The notes: a model not told the origin generated them from the sequence alone. Positions 8,654 through 18,195 are shown, counted from the stretch's first letter. The stretch: 64,000 nt of DNA from Syntrophales bacterium (GCA_028712885.1 JAQTPK010000001.1:109721-173720), one strand, 5' to 3'. Numbers and translations are program-made.

Positions 8654-9840
8654 GGTCTTCTCCCGGAACGGGCCAGGTCAGTCGCCCGGAATACTGCATC
8701 GACAACACTGCCGCAATCCTCGTCGCTCATGCCGGGGAATATAGGAATACTTAAAATCCTCTCGTAAGCCGCTTCCGCTGCGGGATAATCGCCTCTCTTC
8801 AGGCCGTACTTGTCTCGATAATACGGATGGTAATGAAGCGGAATGTAATGAACATTCGCTCCTATCCCCATTTCATGGAGGCGGAGAAAGACTTCGCGGC
8901 GGTCCGCTTTCCCGATGTCCGGTCCCAGGCGGAGGACATACAAGTGATAAGCGTGGCGTATTTCCGGAAGCAGCTCCAGAGGCATTATGGGACTGCCGGA
9001 AAAGGAAGCATGGTAAAAACGGGCGATCTCATTTCGCCGGACGAGCCATGAATTAAGTTTTTTCAACTGGCTGATGCCGAGCGCGCACTGAAAATCTGTA
9101 ATACGGTAATTGTATCCGAGCTCCGTCATTTCATACTCCCACATCTTCCGCCCGGCCCTCTGGCGGTGATCGGTGGAAATGCCGTGGTTTCTGAACCGGC
9201 GCATCCTGGCCGCCAGTTCGGAACTGCCGGTTGAGATCATTCCTCCCTCGCCGGTTGTAATATGCTTCACGGGATGAAAGCTGAAGGCTGTCAAATCGGC
9301 CAGGGTACCTGTTTTTTTCCCCTTGTATTCGGCCCCCAAGGAATGGCACGCGTCCGCTATGAAGGTGAGGCCGCGTTTTCGCGCCAGAGAGAAGAAGGCG
9401 CTGTAGTCGCACGGCTGGCCTGCGAAGTCCACTGTTATGATCGCTTTTGTTCGGGGAGTGATCCGTCTTTCGGCATCTTCCGGGTCTATTAGCAGGGTGT
9501 CGGGATCAACATCGGCGAAAACAGCCTTGCCCCCCTGGTATTCCACGCTGTTCGCCGTGGCGGCGAAAGTAATTGCCGGCACAATCACTTCGTCCCCGGG
9601 CCCTATCCCGGCGGCAAATACAGCGGCATGCAGCGCGGCCGTTCCGCTCGAAACGGCGACGGAATGCACCGCTCCCGTCCATTTTGAGAATTCGTATTCA
9701 AATTTCTCGACCAGAGGGCCTGTCGTGAGCCAATCCGATTGCAGGACCGCGGCTACCGCCGCCAGATCATCGGCGTCTACGCTCTGTCTTCCGTAAGGGA
9801 TGAATTCCCGGACCGGTTCCGGCTTTGCGCAGGGTTCCAT
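8638..9840 (-). CDS. pseC: UDP-4-amino-4,6-dideoxy-AltNAc transaminase (DegT/DnrJ family)
   Basis: IPYGRQ, DACHSLG, FSFHPVKHITTGEGG, LGYNYRITD motifs typical of PseC. Confidence 0.9.
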   Translation of the reverse strand: MEPCAKPEPVREFIPYGRQSVDADDLAAVAAVLQSDWLTTGPLVEKFEYEFSKWTGAVHSVAVSSGTAALHAAVFAAGIGPGDEVIVPAITFAATANSVEYQGGKAVFADVDPDTLLIDPEDAERRITPRTKAIITVDFAGQPCDYSAFFSLARKRGLTFIADACHSLGAEYKGKKTGTLADLTAFSFHPVKHITTGEGGMISTGSSELAARMRRFRNHGISTDHRQRAGRKMWEYEMTELGYNYRITDFQCALGISQLKKLNSWLVRRNEIARFYHASFSGSPIMPLELLPEIRHAYHLYVLRLGPDIGKADRREVFLRLHEMGIGANVHYIPLHYHPYYRDKYGLKRGDYPAAEAAYERILSIPIFPGMSDEDCGSVVDAVFRATDLARSGRRPCWKK

Positions 9841-9854
9841 GTGAATGCTCCTTG

Positions 9855-11204
9855 TCAGCTGTATTGTGCGCTTGTTTCAGGCAGACCCTCTTCCGAGTTG
9901 ATCATCTTCAGGACGGTTTTCTCGTTCAAGCGGTGCAGCGTGGAAAGAAAAGCCGCCGTGGATTGGTCCTCCGCGCTGGCCGACTCGCGGACGAGTTTTT
10001 TCAGATCGTCGATTTCCAGCCACTCGGAGTTCTTATTGCTGCTGTACGTAAAATCATCGGGCATTTTCTGGCCGTCCTTGTAGTTGCGCCGGTCCTCCCA
10101 CCAGGTGTAGTTTGGCAGAATCACGTACATGTCCTTGTAGAAAATGGTATTCCTGCCTTCCTCCTCCGTGATCAGGATCTCGTGCAGCTTCTCGCCGGGA
10201 CGGATGCCGATAAAATCTATCTTGCAGCCGGGGGCGATCGCCTTGGCCAGGTCCATTATCCTCATGCTCGGGATCTTCGGGACGTAGATCTCGCCCCCCT
10301 GGGCGTAACTGAGCGCGCTGATGACCAACTCGACCGCCTGATCAAGGGTGATCCAGAATCTGGTCATCCTTTCGTCGGTGATCGTGATCTTTCCCGTCTT
10401 CATCTGTTCCCGGAAAACGGGAATGACGCTGCCGCGGCTGCCGATGACGTTGCCGTAGCGCACGCAGCTGAACCGGGTACCGCGGGCCGCCGAATAGGAA
10501 TTGCCCTGGATGAATATCTTCTCCGCGCAAAGCTTCGTCGCTCCGTAGAGATTGACCGGGTTGACCGCCTTGTCGGTGCTGAGCGCGACCACTTTCTTCA
10601 CCCCGACGTCGATCGCCGCGTCGATTATGTTTTCCGCGCCGAGAATGTTCGTTTTGACGGCCTCGAAGGGGTTGTACTCGCAGGAAGGCACCTGCTTCAG
10701 GGCGGCGGCATGCACTACGATGTCGGCGCCCTCCATGGCGCGCCTCAGCCGCTCGCCGTCCCTCACGTCGCCGATGAAATAGCGGAGCACTTCCTCGCCG
10801 TAAATCTGGCGCATTTCGTGCTGCTTGAGCTCGTCACGGCTGTAAATGCGGACGGCCCTGGGGCGGTATTTCTCCAGCATCAGCTTGCAGAAGTGTTTTC
10901 CGAAGGAGCCGGTTCCGCCGGTCAGGACTATTGTCTGCCTGTCCCACTGGATCTGCTCGAGATCGGCATTTCCCCCCTTGAGTATCCTCCGGGTCTGGGC
11001 GATCGATCTGTTCTTGAAATGAAGCAGCTCCCTTATCTGCATCAGCTGATCGAGGTCTCTTTCCGTATACCTGCGCTGTCTTCCGTCTGTCCGCTTCGGC
11101 TTGATTACATCCGCGAACTCGACTTCCCAGTACCGTATGGTGGAAATAGGGACCTCGAGTTTTTCGCTTACCTCCTGAATCCTGTATTCGTGAGATTCAC
11201 CCAT
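9855..11204 (-). CDS. pseB: Fusion: N-terminal MerR-type HTH and UDP-GlcNAc 4,6-dehydratase (inverting)
   Basis: YRIQEVSEKLEVPISTIRYWEVEF..RRYTERD (MerR HTH), then TGGTGSFG, SRDELKQ, STDKA, NLYGATK, RYGNV, MTRFWI, IRPGEKLHE; RBS GAGGAGG before ATG 11204. Confidence 0.9.
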   Translation of the reverse strand: MGESHEYRIQEVSEKLEVPISTIRYWEVEFADVIKPKRTDGRQRRYTERDLDQLMQIRELLHFKNRSIAQTRRILKGGNADLEQIQWDRQTIVLTGGTGSFGKHFCKLMLEKYRPRAVRIYSRDELKQHEMRQIYGEEVLRYFIGDVRDGERLRRAMEGADIVVHAAALKQVPSCEYNPFEAVKTNILGAENIIDAAIDVGVKKVVALSTDKAVNPVNLYGATKLCAEKIFIQGNSYSAARGTRFSCVRYGNVIGSRGSVIPVFREQMKTGKITITDERMTRFWITLDQAVELVISALSYAQGGEIYVPKIPSMRIMDLAKAIAPGCKIDFIGIRPGEKLHEILITEEEGRNTIFYKDMYVILPNYTWWEDRRNYKDGQKMPDDFTYSSNKNSEWLEIDDLKKLVRESASAEDQSTAAFLSTLHRLNEKTVLKMINSEEGLPETSAQYS

Positions 11205-11240
11205 ATGAGACCTCCTCATGAGAGCTGATTACTGTATTAA

Positions 11241-11267
11241 TTTTCGGTGCGGGACAGAAATTACTTA
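11241..11267 (-). promoter_or_regulatory. Possible sigma28 (FliA)-like promoter for the pse operon
   Basis: TAAG-N15-ACCGAAAA on the minus strand vs consensus TAAA-N15-GCCGATAA (3 mismatches). Confidence 0.35.
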
Positions 11268-11293
11268 AATTTAACTTGTACATGAGCTTTAGG

Positions 11294-11309
11294 AGCAATA
11301 TGCATGCCA
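11294..11309 (-). promoter_or_regulatory. sigma54 -24/-12 promoter upstream of MerR-pseB
   Basis: TGGCATGCATATTGCT on the minus strand (GG-N10-GC), about 90 bp before the start codon. Confidence 0.72.
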
Positions 11310-11616
11310 CTGAAATTCTCTTCTGGAGTAAAGACAAGTAGCCGGAAACATTGGCGGTAAAGATGTCATCTCTCGCCTGACGGAAAAAAATTCCCTGTCC
11401 TGCCGTATTCCGGCGGCATAAATATCTCTATTGTCCGAAGATCTTACGGTCGGAAGATGCCGCCTGAACAGAATTTCAGGAGAGGTTTTGCGGAACCACC
11501 AAAAGGAAAGTTGGCTTGCGGTATAGGATTATCTTGAAGCAATTCGGACCGGAGCGAACACTCTCCGGGCTCCTGTGCGACGGAAACGTTTTGTCATCCG
11601 ATCTGCCGGTCTTCAC

Positions 11617-13221
11617 TCAGCATCCGCGTTCAAACCGGGTGACGATATTCGCCATAACTGCATACTTCTCCAGCAACTCGCGGGCCAGCTGCGGGAAATT
11701 GCAGACGGCGGCTTCCGCCATGATGAATTCGTTTATTTCTTTCAGGAGAGGGGGAGCTTCACCCTTTATTATTTTCAGTTCCGTCTTGTTCAGCATCTCT
11801 ATCCTGCTCTTGATATATTCAATTCTGGGCCGGTCTCTCCGGAATTCCCGCAGTATGCTCCGGCATGCGTCCATAGCCTCGCGATAGATCTCGAGGTACT
11901 CCACGCATGCGGTGCCCAGGGTGGAGAAGACGAAAGCGGTCCCGCCGTCGCCCGTTCTCACAGGAGCGTCTCTCCTTTCCAGACCGAGCCAGGGCGCCCA
12001 GAGGGCATGCACGGCCCTCGACTGCATGTCGCGGCGCGATATCAGCCAAGCTGCAAAGGAATTGTTTTCTCCTGAAACCGGGCGGTAATCCAGCAAGCCC
12101 TCCTGAGTGAAAGAGGACCGGTACAGGGCGGCGCCCCGGATTTTTTCGCCCCCGGCAGCCTCTCCCAGTGCCAGGCACACTGCTTCCCACACCGTTTCCA
12201 CCGTGATCGCCTCCGCGCAGAGCGGATGGTCGCAGCGGGTTGAATTCAGGCAGGGCGCGCAGGGGTAATTCGACTGGACCGCGATGTGTCCTTCGCCGTA
12301 GGGGCCCGTCAGGCTGAAATAAGCCGTGCTGGCGAAGATGCCGACGGTCCCGGTGCCGACCGCGGCCGCTATGTGCATGGGACCGGTATCGTTACTTACG
12401 AGCAGACGGACGCACTTGAGGAGAGGGGGAAGATCATCGATCCGCGTTCGGCCGACCAGGTCTATTGTCGGGAAATTCGCGCCGCGCAGGAACATCTCCG
12501 CCAGACCCCTTTCCTTCTCTGATCCGAACAGCACAATGCGCGCGTTCAGGCGGGAAGAAAGCATTTCGCCGAGCCGGATGAAATTTTCCACAGGCCAAAC
12601 CCTGTTCATGCTGCTGGCCCCCAGCTGAAGTCCGATAGGGATATGGCTCTCGCCGAGGCCCATCTCCCAAAGACGTTCCCGGCAGGCTGCATCCGATTCC
12701 GGATCGGTCGGGAGGGTCGCGGAAGCGGGCCGGTGCTTGACACCGGTCATGCCGATGTAAATATCAGACATGTTGATCGGATTGTTCGTCCTGTGCCTGA
12801 CGGCCGCAAACAGGTACTTCCCCCAGTTGCCCGATACCAGTATTTCGTTTCCCGCTCCGGAAATCCTGCCCTCCTTTCGAATGGAATTTATCCGGCTGCA
12901 GAGATAACCGCTTCCCTGATTGTGCGTCCAGTTAATCAGCAGATCATAATTGCGCCGAAACGGCGGCATTCCTTCAATCCAGCGTTCGACCACCTCCGGT
13001 TTGATGCCCTTTTCGTTGAGGATTTCATTCACAGTTGCGAGCGGAACGGAGACGAGTTCGTCTATCCAGGGAACGTGCCGCAGGGGACGGCTGAATTCTT
13101 CCAGGCAGGCGTACGTGATCCGCGGACGGGGCTCCGTTTCGGACAGGAGCTTTACGGCGGGAAGACTCTGGATCATGTCTCCCAGTCTGCTGAAATGAAT
13201 TATCAGAATGTTCTTTCCCAT
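11617..13221 (-). CDS. Glycosyltransferase family 9 (heptosyltransferase-like) with C-terminal extension
   Basis: SRLGDMIQ, LLVSNDTGPMHIAAAVG, Cys cluster CAPC..C...C. Confidence 0.85.
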   Translation of the reverse strand: MGKNILIIHFSRLGDMIQSLPAVKLLSETEPRPRITYACLEEFSRPLRHVPWIDELVSVPLATVNEILNEKGIKPEVVERWIEGMPPFRRNYDLLINWTHNQGSGYLCSRINSIRKEGRISGAGNEILVSGNWGKYLFAAVRHRTNNPINMSDIYIGMTGVKHRPASATLPTDPESDAACRERLWEMGLGESHIPIGLQLGASSMNRVWPVENFIRLGEMLSSRLNARIVLFGSEKERGLAEMFLRGANFPTIDLVGRTRIDDLPPLLKCVRLLVSNDTGPMHIAAAVGTGTVGIFASTAYFSLTGPYGEGHIAVQSNYPCAPCLNSTRCDHPLCAEAITVETVWEAVCLALGEAAGGEKIRGAALYRSSFTQEGLLDYRPVSGENNSFAAWLISRRDMQSRAVHALWAPWLGLERRDAPVRTGDGGTAFVFSTLGTACVEYLEIYREAMDACRSILREFRRDRPRIEYIKSRIEMLNKTELKIIKGEAPPLLKEINEFIMAEAAVCNFPQLARELLEKYAVMANIVTRFERGC

Positions 13222-13237
13222 TTATCCGTCTCAAAGA

Positions 13238-13300
13238 ATTCAAGGATCAAGTTTGACTGATGAGGTAACTTGAACCCCTGAATCCTCGAATCCCTGGCCC
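13238..13300. repeat. Octamer-periodic imperfect inverted repeat
   Basis: ATTCAAGGATCAAGTT ... AACTTGAACCCCTGAATCCTCGAATCCCTGG. Confidence 0.5.
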
Positions 13301-13305
13301 CGCTG

Positions 13306-14277
13306 CTACATGAAGAAGTTCAGCACTTCCTCCGCCCTCTGCCGTAATGTGTGGTCCCGCATGGCGCGCGCCTTCGCCCTGGCTGCGATCTCTTCCGCTT
13401 CTTGCGGGTGCTTCAGAAAATATTCCACGGCCGCTTTCATATCCTCCCAGCGGGACAGCGCTATAACTTCATCCGCCGGGTCGAAATGGAGCGGGAGGTG
13501 CTTTCTCATGTTCGTCAACTGGAACGCGCCCATCCCCGCCAGTTCGAACGTCCGCGGGTTCACAAAATCGCCGCCGAACCCGACGGGATCGGTTTCCGAA
13601 TGGAGGTTGAGGTTTATCCGGGACCTCGCGTACACGGACCTTGCTTCCCGGGCCGAAAGCCTGCGGTTTCCAACCTCCACGCAGGGATTGCCGCATGCGG
13701 ACCAACCCTCGCCGAAAATCCTGAATCCGGCGCAATTCAGGCGCGCGAAGAAATTGACGCGGTTGGGGTAGGGGGCTCCGACAAAAGAAACGGCGATGTC
13801 TCTTTCCGCAGCAGGCAAGTCACATGAATCCGGATCGCAGGCCGGAGGAAGATAATGGAAATTCCCGAGCCGGGAAAAAGGCTCCTTCTGAATCGCGAAA
13901 AACCGGTCGAAAAGATGACATATCCTTTTCCAGTAATCGAATGCGCGGTAATCCTCCACGAACCAGAAGGCGAGCTTTATTCCGGCTTTCCTCAATGCCC
14001 CGAGTATCTCCGGGTCGTGCAGCGGCGACTGGGCGATCCCGAACACGAGCTCCGGCTCGAACCGCCGGATTTTTTCCAGGAGCTCCAGCCTGATGTCCAG
14101 ATGAAAACGGTATGTCCGCTCCTCGTCTCCGGAAAACTGGAGGCGCAGGAATTCCTCTGAATGAGGGGAAAAGTCGAGGCAGTCCGATTCCTGTCCCGCA
14201 TCCGCGAATGCCTTCTGCAAAGGTCCGCACAACGGGGCAGTTCCTCCCTGAATGGCCCCTACCACTAGGACGCGCAA
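13306..14277 (-). CDS. CgeB/DUF3880-family glycosyltransferase
   Basis: FWFVED, SFVGAPYPNR, INLNLHS, NPRTFELAG, DHT..R motifs; likely TTG start at 14277 after GGAGG. Confidence 0.82.
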   Translation of the reverse strand: MRVLVVGAIQGGTAPLCGPLQKAFADAGQESDCLDFSPHSEEFLRLQFSGDEERTYRFHLDIRLELLEKIRRFEPELVFGIAQSPLHDPEILGALRKAGIKLAFWFVEDYRAFDYWKRICHLFDRFFAIQKEPFSRLGNFHYLPPACDPDSCDLPAAERDIAVSFVGAPYPNRVNFFARLNCAGFRIFGEGWSACGNPCVEVGNRRLSAREARSVYARSRINLNLHSETDPVGFGGDFVNPRTFELAGMGAFQLTNMRKHLPLHFDPADEVIALSRWEDMKAAVEYFLKHPQEAEEIAARAKARAMRDHTLRQRAEEVLNFFM

Positions 14278-15461
14278 GACAGCCCCCCTCCCCGGGCCTC
14301 GAAAAGGGCCCCGATCACTTCGTCCGCCCGGATGCGCCCGAAACAGGGACTGGCAGCCGATTGGGAGAAGTCGTTTTCCGCGCAGCCCCGGTGGGTTTCC
14401 AGGCAGGGACCGCGGCATGCTCTCCCCTCATATCCGGCCCGTACTCCCCGGATCGACGGATAGATGGAGACATGCGTTTCCGGCGGGAAGGGCCCGAAGA
14501 GGGCCACGCCGGGAATACCCAGGGCGCCCGCCGCGTGAACAATTCCCGTATCGACGGAAATAAGCGCGTCCGCCAGCGAGAGGGCCGCGATCGTATCATG
14601 CAGATCCCGGATCCGGTGCGACAGGTTCAGAATATCGGCGCCGGCGCCGTCTATTTCACCCTGCATTATTTTAGCTTCGGCTTCGTCCTTCACAAGCACC
14701 GAGGCGAACTCATTTCTGAGCAGAGAAGCGATCTCGAAGAAGAGCGCAGCCGGGGCGTTTTTGTGCGTAAATCTTGACCTCCAGTTAACGACGAGAATCT
14801 TTCTGTCCGTTTCGCTTCTTATCCCGTTGAAAAGAGGCCGGAGCCGTTCTACGCGCGCCGGGTCGGGCCGAAGGCGGGGAGGATATTGCAGGGCGGCTTG
14901 GCGGTCAAGGCCGAGGAGCTGCAAATATAAATCGAGCATCGACCTGTCCCGCGAGCGCAGGTAATGAGCCGGAATCATGTTGATCAGGAGATCGAACCTG
15001 AACAGTTCGGCCAGATTCATGATATTCGGACGCACGTCCCTGATGAATCGGGCATCGCGATAAGGAAAATTGCGGATCCAGTTGCACCCGATCGTGATTT
15101 TTGCCGGCTCTCCCGCTCCGTTGTCTTTACGGCATAGTGCCGCGAGAGCGGGTTGGATCATGATCATGTCTCCCCATCCGCACAGAGTCAGAAAAAGGGC
15201 GTTTCTTCCGCGTAGAGACTGCGTGCCGTCGTAAACTTCCGGAAAGCGGAGGGAAGGTGATTCTATCTGGTCTGCAAGGCGGATAGCGGGATATTCCCGC
15301 AATCTGAATATCTCCGCATGAAGTGAGGTGAGGGCAAGGATGTTTTCGGGCCCATGCGGCGGGTCAGCCGCTCTGAGTGTGGTATTATGGCCGTCGGTAT
15401 CGAACTCAAGCGGAACGGACGACGTTGCAAACAGGAGTCCGGGTATTTTCAGGCGCTGCAT
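14265..15461 (-). CDS. Glycosyltransferase family 9 protein
   Basis: GWGDMIM, ISVDTGIVHAAGALG, LFGP, C-terminal Cys cluster. Confidence 0.8.
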   Translation of the reverse strand: MQRLKIPGLLFATSSVPLEFDTDGHNTTLRAADPPHGPENILALTSLHAEIFRLREYPAIRLADQIESPSLRFPEVYDGTQSLRGRNALFLTLCGWGDMIMIQPALAALCRKDNGAGEPAKITIGCNWIRNFPYRDARFIRDVRPNIMNLAELFRFDLLINMIPAHYLRSRDRSMLDLYLQLLGLDRQAALQYPPRLRPDPARVERLRPLFNGIRSETDRKILVVNWRSRFTHKNAPAALFFEIASLLRNEFASVLVKDEAEAKIMQGEIDGAGADILNLSHRIRDLHDTIAALSLADALISVDTGIVHAAGALGIPGVALFGPFPPETHVSIYPSIRGVRAGYEGRACRGPCLETHRGCAENDFSQSAASPCFGRIRADEVIGALFEARGGGLSCAS

Positions 15462-16999
15462 GGATTTTTCTCCCGCGCGTCCCTCTCCGCTATGAGACAG
15501 GCTTTCCTCCTGATCTCCGCCGCAGCGGTCCGGTTTCCGATCGCGTCCAGGACATCCGCCGCGCGGAGGTACGGAATCTCGCAGCCGGGGAAGATAGAGG
15601 CGGCCTTTTCGAAGCAGCTCATGGCGCTCCTGTAATCCCTTCTTTTTGCATATTCCCCGCCCATCATGATTTGTGCTTTGATGGATCGGGGGTTTTTCCC
15701 GTCCGCCCGGATCAGGTCTTTAATCGGATCCGCAGAGCAGGCAGATGAATAAAGGTGGGGAAGGTAATTGTCCGGTTCAATCGCAGACGCCTGGCGGAAG
15801 CACTCCTTCGCCGAAACGGGATCTTTCTCGATCTGGAGATAAACCAGCCCGTCGTGCAGGAGATTTTCGAACCGGGTGGGTATGAGCCGCGCGTATCTGC
15901 CGTTTCGGGAAGTCCCCTCCCACTTCTCGGCCGAACGGATGATATCTTCGGAATCCGCCGACGAATCCGTCGGGTCCATTTCCCTCCGCAGATCCTCATA
16001 AAAGGCGACTCGTTCGCAGCTGTGCGAAGATTCGATGCGTTCACGCAGGACATAAGACCGGGCCGATTCGGCCACGGCATTTCTCAGGGGACCGTCTGCG
16101 GCCAGCCTCTCCAGAATGCCGATAAGCTCTCCGGGATTTCCGAAGAGAAAGCAGGTTTCCCCCGGACGGGCCGAATACCTGTAAGGAGTCAGATTCTGAA
16201 TGACAGGAACGGCGCCGTGCGCTGCATATTCAAGAAATTTTATATCCGACCGGGACCGGTTGAAAGGTGTGTCCCTGAGCGGCGCAATGCCGATATCGAT
16301 CTTTTTCAGGAAACTGTAGTAATCATGTATGGACCCGGCAGGGAACCGTCGTTTCCGCCCCGCGGGAAGAGATCCGAACAGATCCCAGATCGGATCGGAG
16401 CACATTATATAAAGGATGACCCCGGGGGTGTCGATTATCCAGCGGGCGAGGGGACCGGCGATGTCCCTGATGTCCTCCAGGTGCCCGTGAGAACCGCCCC
16501 AGCCTACGATTATCCCGTCCCCGCGCGCGCTTCGCCTTTCGGGGGGAACTTCCGAAATGTTATTGGGAAAAACCGCGGAGCGGGCGTTGAGGCGACCGTA
16601 GATGCGTTCGAGTTCCGCAACAGTGAACTGGAGCGCGTCGCACGACCGCGCCGTTGTCCGGAAAAGAGAAAGGTTCTCGGGGTTTTTATAAAAGAAATAA
16701 ACCGGGTTCCACGGGGGAACGGCTTCAAGGTCGTCCGCTACTTCGTACACGGAAAGCTTTCCGTTGCGCCTCCTTTCCGCAAGCAGGGGGAGAATGTCCG
16801 GGTCGCAGACATTCTTCAGGACAAGGACGTCTGCGCGCCTGAAGATCTCGTCCCTCTTCCGATGGATGCTGCTGAGGCTGACCGTAGATACGCCGTCCAG
16901 TTCGGCCATGGCCCGGCAGGGGGCCTGGGTCCTGTAATAGAAGTCGCCCTTATCCTCCCGCTGGGCCGGTTCCACATGGGCGATCAGCAATCGTCTCAT
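15449..16999 (-). CDS. GT-B glycosyltransferase with C-terminal TPR repeats
   Basis: YEVADDL, VGWGGS, DIGIAPL..FN.SRSDIKFLEY; TPR-like helices in the last ~130 aa. Confidence 0.8.
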   Translation of the reverse strand: MRRLLIAHVEPAQREDKGDFYYRTQAPCRAMAELDGVSTVSLSSIHRKRDEIFRRADVLVLKNVCDPDILPLLAERRRNGKLSVYEVADDLEAVPPWNPVYFFYKNPENLSLFRTTARSCDALQFTVAELERIYGRLNARSAVFPNNISEVPPERRSARGDGIIVGWGGSHGHLEDIRDIAGPLARWIIDTPGVILYIMCSDPIWDLFGSLPAGRKRRFPAGSIHDYYSFLKKIDIGIAPLRDTPFNRSRSDIKFLEYAAHGAVPVIQNLTPYRYSARPGETCFLFGNPGELIGILERLAADGPLRNAVAESARSYVLRERIESSHSCERVAFYEDLRREMDPTDSSADSEDIIRSAEKWEGTSRNGRYARLIPTRFENLLHDGLVYLQIEKDPVSAKECFRQASAIEPDNYLPHLYSSACSADPIKDLIRADGKNPRSIKAQIMMGGEYAKRRDYRSAMSCFEKAASIFPGCEIPYLRAADVLDAIGNRTAAAEIRRKACLIAERDAREKNPCSA

Positions 17000-17751
17000 T
17001 TCGGAGGGTTCCTTACCCCTTTAACCTCGGTCCCGACGTCGATGCTTTTATTGGATTCGATGTGCCGGAGCATGTTGAGCCCCTCCCTGAACTCGGGGTT
17101 TATCTTCAGGGCCGCGTTGATGGACTCCCCGGCAAGCTTCCATTCCTTTGTCTCGACGCGAAGCCGGGCGATATTGTAATAGAGTCCCTCGTCGTCCGGA
17201 AGCGCGATGAGGGCCTTCTGGAACTTGCTGAGGGCTTCTTCGTATTCCTCTTTCTTCCGGTGTTCGATCGCTGCGTTGTTGTACATGACACCCACGTACT
17301 CGGCGAGAGCGGCGTCCGCCGCGAACTCTTTTCGCGCCTCTTCATATTTGCCGGAGTCGATCTGCTCCATCAACTGCGCCGCCCTTGTTCCAAGATTGTC
17401 GTCGGGGGCCGCCTTGGTCTTGACTCCCTCCATCATATCCTGCTCCTGGACTTTCAGCAGGTTGCAGACGAACTCGAGGGACGTGGCAAGATCGTCCGCC
17501 TGGAAAGAAACCGGCCCGAACGCATTTATGAAAGTCCTGCTCTCAGCGAGAGACTTCTGGAGATTATGTATTTCTTTCAGCAGTTCCTGCTGGTCGGCAG
17601 GCAGCATTTTGGAATTCAGGGTCTTCTCGATCAGTTCCTTCAGGGTGAGGAGGCAATGGTAGAGGTTCTCGTGTTTCAAATGTTTCTTGCATTCCGTCAG
17701 TTTCCTGCGGATCAGACCCAGATCGTCCGATTTGACTTTTTTTTCTGCCAA
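16996..17751 (-). CDS. Tetratricopeptide-repeat protein
   Basis: YNNAAIEHRK..YEEALSKFQKAL..PDDEGLYYNIAR..ALKINPEF; TTG start after GGAGG. Confidence 0.78.
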   Translation of the reverse strand: MAEKKVKSDDLGLIRRKLTECKKHLKHENLYHCLLTLKELIEKTLNSKMLPADQQELLKEIHNLQKSLAESRTFINAFGPVSFQADDLATSLEFVCNLLKVQEQDMMEGVKTKAAPDDNLGTRAAQLMEQIDSGKYEEARKEFAADAALAEYVGVMYNNAAIEHRKKEEYEEALSKFQKALIALPDDEGLYYNIARLRVETKEWKLAGESINAALKINPEFREGLNMLRHIESNKSIDVGTEVKGVRNPPK

Positions 17752-17797
17752 GAAGACCTCCCGCGGACAGGCAATATATTCCCGCCCGGTTTACATG

Positions 17798-17813
17798 TGC
17801 AAAATAGCTGCCA
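17798..17813 (-). promoter_or_regulatory. sigma54 -24/-12 promoter for the TPR/glycosyltransferase operon
   Basis: TGGCAGCTATTTTGCA on the minus strand (GG-N10-GC), 47 bp before the start codon. Confidence 0.7.
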
Positions 17814-17853
17814 TCCCGGCATTTCCGGCCGGATTTACAGGAAAAAGGCCGGC

Positions 17854-17881
17854 TAAAGTTTCTTCTGGGCGGAGCCGATTA
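17854..17881 (+). promoter_or_regulatory. sigma28 (FliA)-like promoter facing the chemotaxis operon
   Basis: TAAAGTTT-N12-GCCGATTA vs consensus TAAAGTTT-N11-GCCGATAA. Confidence 0.6.
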
Positions 17882-18195
17882 ACATTCAGGATAGTTGCAT
17901 TGGATGAATCCGTTGTCTTGGATACATGAGCCGTGGTGGTCTCAAACTTGCAACAATCCCGTGGAGACGAATTCATCTCACCTCCGGAAGCGGGCGCAAC
18001 AGTCCTGTTGCCGGCGCGTCTTACTGTTGAGAATGCAGGCCGATACCGTTCGAAACTGCGGTTTCAGCGTAAAAGCTGACGGCTTTTTGTTTGGCAGGAC
18101 AATTTTTTGACTGGCTCGGGGTATAATCCGCCGGCTGCAGAACCGGCGGCAGGAGTGCCAAAATTCAGGGCAGGATAAATCAGGAGGTGGAGAAT

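Noticed and set aside
11261-11290. MerR-type operator at the pseB promoter
   Set aside because: Only a short AT-rich palindrome (TTAAATTTAA) and TGTACA are present, too weak to call a binding site
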